Below are positions 1 to 12,011 of a stretch of DNA of 61,864 nt, one piece after another. The translations under genes and the position numbers were made by a program. The stretch covers positions 1 through 61,864 of the forward strand of contig FLMG01003767.1 in NCBI GenBank assembly GCA_900088475.1. Direction: 5' to 3'. The stretch's first letter is position 1. Every line of letters starts with the position of its first letter. The notes under the pieces were generated by a model. That model worked only from the letters and a program-made list of their open reading frames with translations, was not told the origin of the DNA and ran no database searches. The stretch is from Hyphochytrium catenoides. Taxonomy: Eukaryota > Protista > Hyphochytriomycota.

Positions 1-692
1 TCTTGACGAAGGACACGTCCCGCAGCACTCCTGCATTCTGCAAGCAGTTTATGAGAACAGGCGGGGGGAAGAAAGAGAGGGAGAGGGAGAGAGAGAGAAA
101 GAGAGAGAGAAAGCGAGAGAGAGAGAGAAAAAGCAAAAAGAGAGAAGAGGCAGTAAAGGAGAAGACGGAGTCCAAGACAAGAGAAGAACGAGATGACGCA
201 AGCTCCTGCCCTACATTGATTAGGATGTCCACTCTTCCAAAGGCGTCGATGGCGCTCTGAATCACCGCAGCGCCATTCTCTACGGAGCTTTGAGGAGCAC
301 GGGTGAGGTCAGCGTCGCCACTGTCAGGGTGAGAGAGAGAAGATATGCAGCTGAAGAAGAAGAGAGGAAGCAGAAAGGGCAAGCAATTCGAAGAGAAAGA
401 GAGGGAGAGAAGGCTGACAAACAATGGCGGGAGGACCTTACTCCGTAGTGGATCGCACTTACTCATAGTTCGCCACAGCGATGCCTCCCTTTGCCTTGAT
501 CTCTGCCACCACATCATCCGCCACTCTCGTGCTGGAGCCAGTGCCCGTGTGGCTGCTGCCCAAGTCGTTTACGACGACCTTCGCGCCTCTTGCTGCGAGG
601 TGAAGAGCGAAAGTGCGGCCGAGGCCCAACCCTGCGCCAGTAACGACGGCTACTTTGCCGTCGAAGCGAAGTGCTGACGGCTTTTGGTCCAT
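1..692 (-). CDS. HSD17B4: Peroxisomal multifunctional enzyme type 2 / 3-hydroxyacyl-CoA dehydrogenase (SDR), 5' part; continues beyond the window edge
   Basis: Exons 692-463, 287-215 and 37-1 with GT-AG introns give [19 protein letters not shown]...VVVNDLG...AVANYDSVENG...[17 protein letters not shown]. This has the TGxxxGxG and NNAG SDR motifs typical of MFE-2. Confidence 0.93.
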
Positions 693-927
693 TCTTTCCC
701 ACTGGAGCAGAAGAGAAGAGAAAGAGCCTTGATGGTTGTCCCACCTCAAACAAAAGAGAGAAAGGCGCGGATCAAGCTGTTCAAGCTCTGCGATGACAGC
801 GAGGTGAGCTTATCTCTGCAGCCAGCCAGTGAACAGCTATCCTTCTTCTTCTTGGCTTTCCAAATCTTAGACCGACTCAAGATCGATCTCCTTGACTTTC
901 GATGCGTGCAAGCTCCGTTACTGTTCT

Positions 928-939
928 CTCTTCCAGACA

Positions 940-973
<34 letters not shown>

Positions 974-1124
974 TTCTTTCTCTCGCTCTCTCTCTTTCTC
1001 CCTCTCTCTTTCTTTCTCTCTCTCTCTTTCTTTCTCTCTCTCTCTCCCCCTCTTTCTTTCTCTCTCTCTCTCTCTCTTCCTCTTTCTTTCTCTCTCTCTC
1101 TCTCTCACACTCTCTTTCTTTCTT

Positions 1125-1158
<34 letters not shown>
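928..1158. repeat. (CT)n / (CTTT)n microsatellite
   Basis: Directly visible; it produces the spurious SL/ER-rich ORFs. Confidence 0.95.
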
Positions 1159-1162
<4 letters not shown>

Positions 1163-2300
1163 CGTCTTCATCTGCATCTTTCTTATTGCTGCTGGTCACT
1201 CCAGCATCTTCAACACGAATCCTACGTTCTTCCCAATCACTCTATCCCTGATAATCACTGGGACCCTCAGTAATAATATTAATATGCCTGGCAGTTATAA
1301 GGAATAATGAGAGCATTGGCCCCTTGAAAGACTTCTCTTAACTGTCGCGGCTGTGGAATGGGCAGAAGAGAGAAAAAAAGCTTCAGAAGCAGCAGCGGCA
1401 GCAGCTGACGAAGATTGATGCAGACGTTTGCCTTGGAACTATGTACTAGGCTAGGAAGGGAAGGGAAGACCAGGCTGTCAATGGCAGAGATGCAGGATGA
1501 CAGGCAAGCTGCCTATCCTGCCGCTTCAATCGTAAAGGTAGCCAGTCATAGCTCTTTACCATGCGATAGTAGAGAAAGACTGGCCGGCGATGGCGTAGGA
1601 GGTAGATCTAGTCTTACAGCTCACAGTAGACTGTCGTGATGTTTGAAATGGCATCAGAGAAATAAGCTAAACAAACTGCGCTCCTTGAGAGAGATCTCAC
1701 CCGTACAAGGCTTGGGGATAGAACGGCGGCGGTGGAGCAGGACTGCCTCCTAAGAGAGCCGAGGAGCTACCACTGCTGTCTCTCAAGTCTTCGAACTATG
1801 CTCTGTGGAGGAGGTTTCTATCCCCAAGCACGCCGCACTGCATGTCGCATCTTCATTGCTTCACCTCTACTATGAGTGTTTGCTTTAGCCAACAACGTTT
1901 CTTTTACTTCTGGCAGCAAAGCATGACTATCAACAATGGAAGGTTGACTCACTCACCCACGGGACTAATATCTGTCATTGAGTCTACTGATCAGCAGTAG
2001 CCCAGGCGCTTCTATCTATCAATCAATCCAAACAGTCACGGTCATTGCGGCTTCTGAAGTCTCCGCATCCATCTGTCTTACTTGTTTATCTGGCAATTTT
2101 GATGAAGTCTCATGATTTAGCGCTGCTGCAGTGCATGGCAAGACGGATCAAGCTAACCTAAAGCTAACCAATAGAGAGATCATCTAGCCCTCGTGTCCTA
2201 CTATCTCATCTCTGCCCATTGCCAGCGACCTTGTAGCCCTTCTTCCCGCATTGTCATACCATTTCGTTAGACTAGTCAGCAGCTTTCCAAACACAAGCAT

Positions 2301-2833
2301 CAATCCACAGCCTTCTCCTTCTCCGATGGCCAACTGGTGCAATGGCTGCACCATTCCAAGCGTCTTACAGCTAAGGACTGAGGACAGGTGGAGACCAACA
2401 CTCATCATAGGAGACTCTATCATCCTCCTCAGTGAACAATCCACAGCCTTCTCGCCTTCGCCTTCTCCAAGGCCAGCTGATGCAGTGGCTGCACCGTTCC
2501 AAGTGTCCCACTGCTGAGGACTGAGGACAGGTGGCGACCAAGACTAGGAGACTCTATCATCCTCCTCAGTGATCACTCCACAGCCTTCTCGCCTTCGCCT
2601 TCTCCGATGGCCAGCTGATGCAGTGGCCGCACCGTTACAAGTGTCTTACTGCTAAGGACTGAGGACAGGTGGCGACTAGCACTCATCATAGGAGGGAGAC
2701 TCTATCACCCTCCTCGGTCATCAATTCACAGCCTTCTCGCCTTCGCCTTCTCCGATGGCCAACTGCACCGTTCCAAGTGTCTTACTGCTGAGGACTGAGG
2801 ACAGGTGGCGACCAGCACTCATCATAGGAGGGA
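2301..2833. repeat. Tandem array of about four diverged ~140-bp units
   Basis: Recurring CCACAGCCTTCTC...GCACCGTTCCAAGTGTC...CTRAGGACTGAGGACAGGTGG...CTCATCATAGGAG, with units starting near 2301, 2438, 2576 and 2723. Confidence 0.88.
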
Positions 2834-3658
2834 GACGCTGGTCATCCTTCTCCTTCTGCGATGGACTGACGGACGGTGTTTGTCATGCAGAAGCCCATCA
2901 TTCTTCTCAGAAAAAAGTCCACGAACACAGAGGAACCCACGCCCGCATTCTGGGTCCTGCATCCGTACGGATCCATAATAGAAAGCACTAAAGACGCTAT
3001 ATATTGCAATTTAATAGGTCAATATACGGGATAGAAGGACAGGTACGGACAATTGGCGCTATTTTTGGGACCCAGCCGCGCGCTGCTGCCGCCTCGCCTC
3101 TGTCTGTCTCATTCTTGGCGCCTGAAGCTTAGCAGCAGCCTCGCATCGCCTCTTTATCTCTCTTTGTCCGCCCCAAGCTACCGCTGTCGTACCTCCACAC
3201 CGTTCTGGAAGGAAGAGAAGCAGATTCTGCTACTAAAGAAACTCTTGTTTGTCACTGGAGGAAGGGCTTTGCCTTCTGGGTGATAGGCGAGGAATATCCC
3301 GTCAAGCCTCTTTTTAGGCAGAGACCAGGCGCCGCGGCCGCGTAACTATCAGGGTGGCGCGGTCCTTGAATGCCGGATAAAAGGACCTTTATGCCCGCAC
3401 ACCTTTGAAGAGAAAGCTGGCCTCCTCCAGCTCCTCCTCCTTTTCTGATAGTGGCAATTGCGGGCGGAGCCTCCTATGTTCAAGAGCCTTCTTCCTAGAA
3501 AGGTTTAAAATGCCTCCGTCGATCAGAAAACAGATAGAAAGATAACGACCATCACTTGAAGAGTTCTCTATCTTCTGCCTCAGGCCCATCAGCCGCCAGA
3601 GAACTGAAGTTCTTGAGCTTCTGCTTGTCCTTCAAAAACTGCAGGGAGTGGCCGCACG

Positions 3659-5050
3659 ATGCCTGGCATTGTGCCGCCAGTGCTCTGGCGATGGCTATCG
3701 GATCCAACTGGGAGGAATGTAGCAGGTATAGCCCAGAAGGGCGAGCCTCAGTACATCGAGAGCAATGCAAAAACCACGGTGACGCAGGCTCATGTTAGCT
3801 CACGAGGGATCTCTGGTTCCCCCAGTGGAGAGCCAACTAGAGACCCGGAGACTGTCGCCGATCTCACGCTTTCAAGCAAGAGTGAAAGCTCTACAGCAGC
3901 ACCTTCGAGTCTAGCAGCGTCTCCTCAAGGCAGGAAGAAGCCTAAGAAAGACGGGAGACATCCAGTCAGGCGGCCTCGCAACCGAAGCTTCTCCCGCCTT
4001 CTTCTACCCTCTCAAGTGGGCCGAAAACGGGCGCAAGTGACGGTAACAGTCCGGGGTGCGACATCGTATCTGAAGCAATATGCCGTCTATGACATTGATA
4101 TTGCCTGCTATCGGACTCATCTAAGCGATGAATCTTCTGCGGAGCCAGGCTCTTTGCGACGTTGGACAGTAGAGAAGCGTTACTCAGCAATGAAAGAGTT
4201 CAATGAGACGCTCTTGCAGCATCTCAGACCGTCGCACCTCTGCACAGGCACTTGCCCTGTGCTTTATCAGCATCTTCTCTATGACTTTCCTAATCAGCGA
4301 CTGTTCCGTCGCTCTTGGAAGGCTTCAGTCATCAAGAGGCGGATCATCTCTTTGCAGAAGTACCTGGATGCCCTCATGTCGATCCTAAACTCTGAAGCTT
4401 TCTATCGCTGCTGCATTGGTTCCGAGATCTTCAACCTTGTGGCAGACTTCCTTCAGAGCGATGGATGCTGTGCAGACTCTAGCTCCGGATCCTCAAACAA
4501 GGCTAGTCCTGCCTCATCTCCTTCCGAGACGGAGGAAGGTGTAGTACCATGCCATGACGAGAAGTCAGTGTCGGGGGCACTTCCAAAGGATGAAGGCCTG
4601 AAGATTGATATGCTCATACCTCCTGCGCTCCTTGCTGGAGAGAAGAGAGACAGTACCGGGCGCTGTCTGTGCTGCAAACTCTCTCTTGAGGACGTCCTTC
4701 CTGCTCATGCATCAGGCAAGCTAAGGAGCAGGGTTGGATCACGTCGCAGTATGGCACCAAATGGCAGTACAAGGAATGGCAGTGCGAACGCTGCAGCGGC
4801 AAGCCCCTGCTTTAGCTCTGGAGGAATAGAGACACACTTCGTCTCGTCAGGGAGCTTTTCTCTCTCTCAAGGCCTGGAAAGTATATCTTCGGTGGAGTGT
4901 GGGCTTTGTCACAGTGATCGCGACCTCATCACTACGCGTTTGCCTTGTGGTCATTACTTCCACGACGAGTGCATTTTGGAGTTCTTCACCTCCGCGAGTG
5001 ACGCAGGCAAAGAGTTTATTTGTCCTGTTTGCAATTCGACTGTATCCTAG
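3659..5050 (+). CDS. PX domain + C-terminal RING-H2 protein (putative E3 ligase), intronless
   Basis: 463-aa ORF. PX signature YAVYDIDI...WTVEKRYS...FPNQRLFR...IKRRIISLQKYL; RING-H2 CGLC...LPCGHYFHDECI...CPVC. Confidence 0.85.
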   Translation: MPGIVPPVLWRWLSDPTGRNVAGIAQKGEPQYIESNAKTTVTQAHVSSRGISGSPSGEPTRDPETVADLTLSSKSESSTAAPSSLAASPQGRKKPKKDGRHPVRRPRNRSFSRLLLPSQVGRKRAQVTVTVRGATSYLKQYAVYDIDIACYRTHLSDESSAEPGSLRRWTVEKRYSAMKEFNETLLQHLRPSHLCTGTCPVLYQHLLYDFPNQRLFRRSWKASVIKRRIISLQKYLDALMSILNSEAFYRCCIGSEIFNLVADFLQSDGCCADSSSGSSNKASPASSPSETEEGVVPCHDEKSVSGALPKDEGLKIDMLIPPALLAGEKRDSTGRCLCCKLSLEDVLPAHASGKLRSRVGSRRSMAPNGSTRNGSANAAAASPCFSSGGIETHFVSSGSFSLSQGLESISSVECGLCHSDRDLITTRLPCGHYFHDECILEFFTSASDAGKEFICPVCNSTVS

Positions 5051-5053
5051 CCT

Positions 5054-5086
<33 letters not shown>

Positions 5087-6018
5087 TCTGCCTCTCAAGA
5101 CGCCAAACCAACGGTTTATCCAGCTTCACTCATTATATCCGCTCTCCTGCTTTCTCCTCTTTCTTTTCTCTAGAAGCGCTCGTTGTGGGCTTCAACCACC
5201 GCGAAGTGTCTCAGAAGAAACAATTCTGCGCCTCTTTCTCTCTCTCTCTCTCATTCGCTCTCTCTCTCTCCTCTATTTTACTATCCTTCATTGTCCCACT
5301 TTGGTCCTTGTGGTCTACGTTGAGGACACTTCTACCCCTTCTCTTGCCTTGCCTTGACAGGGCAAACAGCAGAGTGGGCTCTCTTTGAGCGTCACTCCTG
5401 ATAACTCCAGTATTTATTGGCTATCCATGCTACTTTGGCTTTTATATAGACAAGCAAGTGCTAATGAAGTGACAGGCGCGGTGCTGTCGGCCCGAGCCAT
5501 AGATACATATATAGATCTTTATCAGGTGTATGTCTTTCTCTATCTCCATACATGCTCTCTCTTCTCTTCGTCCCCAGAGCCTTCTTGATCTTATCGCATC
5601 TTGAGGCCTGGGAGTGCTTCTAGAAGGGGACTGAATGTCTGACTCCTGACTCGCTGCCCAACTTACCATGGCGTGGCTACTTCCTCTCCCAGATTCTGTC
5701 TCTTTCTTGGTCTCTGGCATGCTCTCCTTCTTTGACGAGCTTACTTTCGCACGCTGCTCTCCCTGTCCTGAGCTCTCCCTTCTCTCTCTCTCTTCCCTAT
5801 GTCAATGACCTCTCATCATCATCCTCTGCCTGCCTTGCCACGTAACGGATCAGAAGCCTGATAGCCGTTAGCAGTCGCCTAGATCCCATTCCAATGATCT
5901 TCATCAGCAGAAAGAGCTGCAGAAAGCTTCAGAAATCGACCATGATCTCAACCGATAGTCTCCTTTCTTCCCTCATTCTCTCCCTCATAGACATTGATCG
6001 AGCTCTGTCGAAAAAACG

Positions 6019-7868
6019 ATGGGACGATCTCCATCGCCATCAGGGTATAGAAGGCGGTCGAGGAGCCGGAGTTTACGCAGTGGGAGCCGCCGGGTGTCAA
6101 GGAGGGAACGTAGCAGCTCAAGAAGTCGCAATGACCGGTACGGAAGTTCTTCTCATCGCCAGCGATCAAGATCAAGAAGCCCCAGAAGAGATAGAAGGCG
6201 GCGATCCCCTTCTTCTGACTCTACCCGCTCATCCAGAAGAGATAGAAGGCGGCGATCCCCTTCTTCTGATTCTCCCCGCTCTTCAAGGCGCAAAAGGTCC
6301 CGGGATCGTGGAAGTGGAGAAGACCGACACCGCCAGAGAGGTAACTCTACCTCGCGCACTACAAGGCAATCTCAAGACTCTTCTAAACTCCTGAAAAGAA
6401 GGGATAAGGCGGATGCTGATAGAGAGCAATCAGCAGCGAGCTTCTCCTTTAACGCAGTGATGCTGTCAGAACGGCTTCATGAGATCAGCAACATGCGAGC
6501 CAGAGACGAGAAAGCAGTGGAAAGAAAGTTGAAGCAGCTGAATGAGATATTGCATCCAGACTTCGCGCTGTACAGTCTCCAGGACGGACGGAAGCTCCTA
6601 GAAAAGGCTGACTTTGAGACCAGGTAGACCCTTTGCCTCTCTTTGCAAGCAGCAGCCGGCTACCTCCGTCCCGCTTTGCCGATGTCTGCCCTTCCCTTCT
6701 TCTTTTGGAACCCAAGCGGTCTCTTTCCATCTTGTCTTCGTTCTCGACGTCTGGCCTTTTATTCATTAGTCTTCCCTTCTTTCACTCCCACCTTTCTTTC
6801 TTCGTTCCATTCCCCTATCTGGCTCTTGGGTCAAGCCGGGGCCTTCATCAACGGATCCTCTCTTTCTCAGATTCGTCTCTTTCTCTCTCTCTCACACACT
6901 CTCTCTCTCACTCTCTCTCTCTCTTCGCCAACGCTCACTCTATGTACAGCTCGCTCGCTCCCTTCTCCCTCTTTTGCCCTCTCGCTCTCTTGTCCTTTAA
7001 TAAGCCATATTACCCCTCTCTGCTTTGCGCTTGGCCTCAACATCTCTCTCGTTCTCCCCCTTCTCCTTCTACGCTTCCTTGCTCTCACTCCTAGTATTGT
7101 CGAACTCCTTTGTGTTCTATCTCGTTGTCCTCGCCTATCTCTGGTCTGCACGTCAGCCACTCTCTTCGATTCCTGTCGTCTCTTACTCTTGGTCTGTTGT
7201 TTATTTTTCTCTCGCTCAAGCCTTCGCTTATCTGTCCTCTTGCACTTGTGTCCTCTAGGTTGGACATGTACCCTCGTTGTGGTCCGTTCATTAAGTTCTC
7301 CCTTTTTCCTAGTTTATCGCTTACGTCTCTGGCTACGCCTCTCCTCAAACCAAGTCTACTTCATCCATCTAGTTCTAACATGAACCCGCACTCTTTTCCC
7401 GTTGACCGTCTTCTTCCCCTCAGAATGCGGAAGCGCTTCATGAACAGTCCAACAATGTCTGAGAACATTCTCAAGAGGTTGTTTGTCGAAGACATCCAGG
7501 TACGCTAGCTCCGTTGTGTCAATTCTTCAAGAAATATAGAACCCTGAATCTCATCCCTACTTTGAACTTAGGATCCGTCTACCACGTACGCAATGGACTT
7601 CTTTGATTATAAAGACATTGTGGATGAGCTCGAGGACGGCTTTCAAAGTGGCTGCAGGATATGGCTGCTGGGGGCAAGGGGAAACTTAATCATTAGCATC
7701 TACGAGGGAGAAGATGAGGATCTAGTTGGTCGAGAGGAAAGCAAGGGAGAGAAGGATCTCCTAAGTCTCGATTATGTGAGGGAAGGGCTGAAGCGACTAG
7801 GTCTGGACACGGAGAGAGATGTCCGGTTGCATTACAACGACTATCACAATATAGAAACCATCGGGTAG
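6019..7868 (+). CDS. Arg/Ser-rich hypothetical protein, 3 exons
   Basis: The RS-dipeptide N-terminus (MGRSPSPSGYRRRSRSRS...) joins in frame through 6019-6623, 7424-7499 and 7572-7868 with GT-AG introns. The C-terminal domain is not recognised. Confidence 0.65.
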
Positions 7869-7929
7869 TCTAAATGCCCAAAGTAAATGAGGCCTCTTAG
7901 AGCTTGTGGGCCGCCTATCCAGCTCCTTC

Positions 7930-9115
7930 GCCGTGCGTCTGAAAGTTCCTTACAGCTTGGGTACAAGCTGGCCTGCTCAGTCAAAGTCTGTTCTACTAGC
8001 TGCTACTGCTCCTGTAAGGACAGTGCTGCAAAGCAGTCCGTTTGACTCCCGTAAGAAAAATCTCTGCTAACCATTGCGGGTCATCTCAGTTTGATAATAA
8101 GGTCCGGCGTCGCGAAGTGTGAGAGTGTGAGGAAACGTCGACCCGGATGCGCATCAGGCACTCATGAGATGTGAGTGTAGATAGGTTTTCTTGAAAAGGG
8201 ATTCTCTGATGTAAGCCCTTTTTGGCGTTTTTTCCCTCAGCATCAATACTCATATCAGTGGCAAGCTGAGTCCTGAAGAACATAGTCGTAGACCTATTGC
8301 TACGTAAGAGTTCAGGTGGAGTACCTGGCCTCCTCTTCCTAAGATCAGCCATGGCCACCTCAAACTCCTCTAGAGTCTCTGCTCTTGCTGCCTGATAAAC
8401 AAGGGCATGTTCTGCTGCAGGACTCAGCTTGCCCCTGATATGAGTATTGATGCTGGCAACTATGTGCCTCAGACAGTATTGATGCCCGGCATGAGGTAGG
8501 CAGCTGTGTACTGCATTGATAAGCCCTGAACTATGATAGAACTAAGGCTTTCTTCATATAGAGCAAAAAACAGCCGCGGTAAGGACATTCTCTCAGCTTT
8601 GTGCTTCTGAAAGGACAGTAAGAGGCTTTTGCTGCAGCCAAAGCAGGATAGAAACCAACTCCAATAATGCTCACCTTTTCGACAGGTACGAGTGCGAGGC
8701 AGATCGGAATGATATTATGCATAGCGTCCTTCACTGATACGACAAGCAGCACTCTTGTCTTGGTCATGCCGCCCATTAGGAAGGCACATATGGTAGTCAG
8801 TGCTATTAGCGGTAAATCTGTGAGCGTCTTCTATATCTTAGCGTCCAGGGCCAGCATTGGAATGCATTCCGTCCAGGGCCGGCATTGGAATGCATTTATA
8901 AGCTGCATCAATGCAAACTGATGTTATCAGAATGGATCGAGTAAACTGATACTCTCCATTTGAGGTGCCATCAATAGCTTGAGTGAGTCTCTACCCTGTA
9001 GAAACTACTACCAGGATTGTCCATCGCGACCGACTTCAAGTAGCTTTCCCGCTTTTGAGATGTGGTACTGTAGGACCGTTCATCACCCATTAGAGTTTCC
9101 ATCATCCTCTTTCTT
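7930..9115 (-). mobile_element. Decayed Mutator-like (MULE) DDE transposase
   Basis: Collinear fragments across frameshifts: KARKRMMETLMG...YLKSVAMDNPGS; QFTRSILI...CIPMPALDGMH (first catalytic D); VLLVVSVKDAMHNIIPICLALVPVE; LTVLSE...CFLLYMKKAL; ARAETLEEFEVAMADLRKRRP. Stops and an internal ~25-bp tandem duplication are present. Boundaries are approximate. Confidence 0.82.
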
Positions 9116-9480
9116 GCCTTTACATCTTCCACTACTGTAATAATCCAAGCCGAAGGCTGGATTACGCACTACTTGTAGTAACGTCGGGCGAGCCCTAGGC
9201 GAAGCCTAAAGGTATTGATATTGTACTATAGCTGTCAATTCTCTGGATTCTTAGAATTGACAGATAGACCAGCGATAGACCATAGGATAGACTCATAGGA
9301 TGGTGATAGTCTGTTGCTTAGCCCGTCGTCGATGTATCACGGTACGTCATGAGGGCTTACCGAGGGAGGCTTATTACAGTAGTAGCAGTAGCAGCTCGCT
9401 CCGCTGGACTTTTCGCCAGCGGAACCTCTCGACAGGTATTAGATCTACGGTAGAACTCTATTACAATGGTCACTTTTCAG

Positions 9481-9916
9481 CAAGATGGTTTCCTTGTTGT
9501 TATTTTGTTGCCTGTTTGGTGTCCAGGCAGCTGCGCCGCTGTGAGGCAGCTGTTGTTGTAAATACCTTCGCCCTCCGATGAAGGCGTACTACGAGTACAA
9601 GCTATCCAAAGCAAGCAACGTCCAGCTTCTCTCCTACCTCCTCCTCTACTCACTCCACAACCTTGCTCCACCCACTCTTGTACTTACTGCCTTTCGTCCT
9701 GCTTCTTCCTTCCTTCCTTCCTGCTGCTGTTGTCAAGTCTGATCTTCTATTCCTCCTCCTCCACCCACCCACCGACCAGCAATAGCCTCCATAGGTTGCT
9801 CTAGCGAAAGCTTCTTCAATCGTCAGAAATGATGGTTTCCTTGTTCTTGTCTCGCCTGTTTGGTGTCCAGGCAGCTGTGCAGCTGTGAGGCAGCTGGTGG
9901 TCCTGCCTTCGCCTCC
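9481..9916. repeat. Pair of diverged ~90-bp direct repeats
   Basis: GATGGTTTCCTTGTT...GCCTGTTTGGTGTCCAGGCAGCTG...GCTGTGAGGCAGCTG near 9484 and 9831. Confidence 0.8.
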
Positions 9917-10636
9917 TACTAACACATCAGGTAAGATGCCTAATTATTACTAACAAGGCCCTGCTGCCATTCTGGATCCCGGTCTTGGTTATTAGTTCCT
10001 CGTGACTCTGTTATGCTCGCGTTTACTATTCCGTCAGGGCAGCTCGAAGAGAGACGAAAATGGAAACCAACAATGCCCACACTATTATTGTGAAACGAAA
10101 TTCGAAATGTATCCCACCACCACCATATCATTTGGAAGCGAAAATAAAAGCGAAGGCGACCACCCCCAATCTGATATGAAGGTCGAGAATGGAAAGGAAG
10201 GCCTCCCCCATCAGCGGAATTGGGAGCGGGATTTAAGAGTCTCGGGAGCGGCAGGATTGGACACGAGCCCAACAGCCGGAGGGAGAACCATGGCACCATA
10301 CAGATCATTTTACAATTTTCCCAAAAGACACAAGGAACAAATCAGAGTTTGGCTCCCGATCACCGAAGAGCTGGGGCAGAAGAATCATTGCTATGAGGGC
10401 CTCACTCACGGGTGCTTGAAGGATCATTGCTATGGCGTCCTCAGCTGGTAATGTCATCGTGCTCTTTCTACCGCTTCTCTGCTGCTTTCGGTGTTACTAG
10501 ATGTTGATAGTATCGTTGTGGATGTGCCAAGAAACCCTATCTTATGATCCATTGATTTCAGACGCGCATAGAGTGGAGGAGGCTTCGCAGAGGAGGAGGC
10601 AGCATAGAACGTCAGGAAGTCGACAGCGTCTCCAAG

Positions 10637-10861
10637 ATCGCCATCTAATCCAGCTGTAGTGGCTGTTTGTCGCGCATTCAGTGTGTCTATGTGGTCTTGA
10701 AGACGCTGTCGACGACTTCGATTTTAGACGCGCATGGAGAGGAGGAGGCATCGCAGAGGAGGCAACATAGAACGTCAGGAAGTCGTCGACAGCGTCTTCA
10801 AGACCACATAAACACACTGATTGCGCGACAGACAGCCACTACAGCTGGATTAGACGGTGAT
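10637..10861. repeat. 83-bp inverted repeat (foldback) with 59-nt loop
   Basis: Arm 10637-10719 is the reverse complement of arm 10779-10861 with 5 mismatches, counted by eye. Confidence 0.92.
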
Positions 10862-10930
10862 GTGTCTAGTATGTAACCGTGGAGGAGAGGTTATATGACA
10901 AAGGTATGGAAGAACAGAGGGACAAGCTAA

Positions 10931-11850
10931 ATGTCGCTATGTTTTGAAACTCTGTGTCGTGTAGTGACACCAGAGGGCATTTCACTCTGCCAAAAGGAGC
11001 AAGTCACAAAGCGCGGCCTAGAGGCGCCTCTATTCCCAGGCAACACAATTTGGGCTCTGCCGGAGCCTGATCGGAATGTCCTGCGGACGGGCTTCAAAAC
11101 AGAACTGGAGGCTCGCGTTACCGCGGTCTCCAGCGCCTATAGAGCAGGGGGTGAAGCATTAAACCCCTATTTGCTCTGGGCCCTCCAAAATGGGAACCCG
11201 CGGGCCAATCTTTCGAAGGCCAACACGTTCCTACATCTGGTCCATATTTGCGGTGAGGAGGCTGAATATCTCCAAGGGGCTTATGCTGGGAGGGGTAGGC
11301 GAATGGAGCTCAGCGCGGAGTTCACAAGATTCGTGGTAAGTGTACTCTTGTATTGAGCGTTCTAACGGAAATTACTGATTTGTAGCATCGCTCAGTCTAT
11401 GCCATGTACCGTGTCTTTCAGCTACTCTCATATAATAGTCTAATATTGCCCGCCCATTCCTGCAATCCTCCTTAAGAATGCCCTTCGTGGGGACCGCGGG
11501 GTCTCCCACCGCGTTCTCCAGAAATTTGGAAAGAAGGTTTGGGGACACCAACTCTATCATCCAAGTTGGGTTACAGCTCCAAGCCAACTTCATGAACCAT
11601 CTAGCGGTATGTCTGCTATTACTGTTCATTGTGACGTTGTAACCCCTACCTCTATTTTTAGCTGAAGGTGGAGGATGACCCTACGATTTCATCCTTCATC
11701 GACTTTGGTACTCAGTCTCATATAACAAGAAATGGCATCCTGTGCTTTGCCTATAATGGGTGGCCCACTATTGATGTGGATCTTGGCTGTTGGTGATCCC
11801 CCTTTTCTGTCAAACTTAGTGAATAGTTTATGTTCGAAAAGTTTCTAGTG
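10931..11850 (+). pseudogene. Spliced, apparently disrupted gene of unknown family
   Basis: The 141-aa ORF contains a GTAAGT donor near 11336. Two short GT-AG introns follow, but the downstream exons contain a frameshift and stops. Confidence 0.4.
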
Positions 11851-12011
11851 CTTTTGAACTACGTATTATGATCACCACGAACCACTAGGAGCCTTTCCTC
11901 TTCCAGCGTCAGCTGGGCTACCTGCGCGAGTCCCTTCGGCATCATGGACTGAGTAAGCGGGCACTTCTGGCGGTCAGAAGGCAAATGAATAACTGGCCCG
12001 ACAAAGTGGCA

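Noticed and set aside
684-1307. Long SLSL/ERER ORFs here and at 6643, 13325, 18270, 27439, 40414, 46692 and 60575
   Set aside because: Translations of CT/GA microsatellites or pyrimidine-rich introns.
2301-2833. CRISPR-like array
   Set aside because: Whole units repeat with no unique spacers, there are no cas genes, and the context is eukaryotic.
5894-6394. 166-aa ORF
   Set aside because: Alternate frame of the RS-rich exon.
9481-9916. Zinc knuckle in the repeated CLTAAQLPGH peptide
   Set aside because: The CxxCxxxxHxxxxC spacing is not present in any single frame I read.
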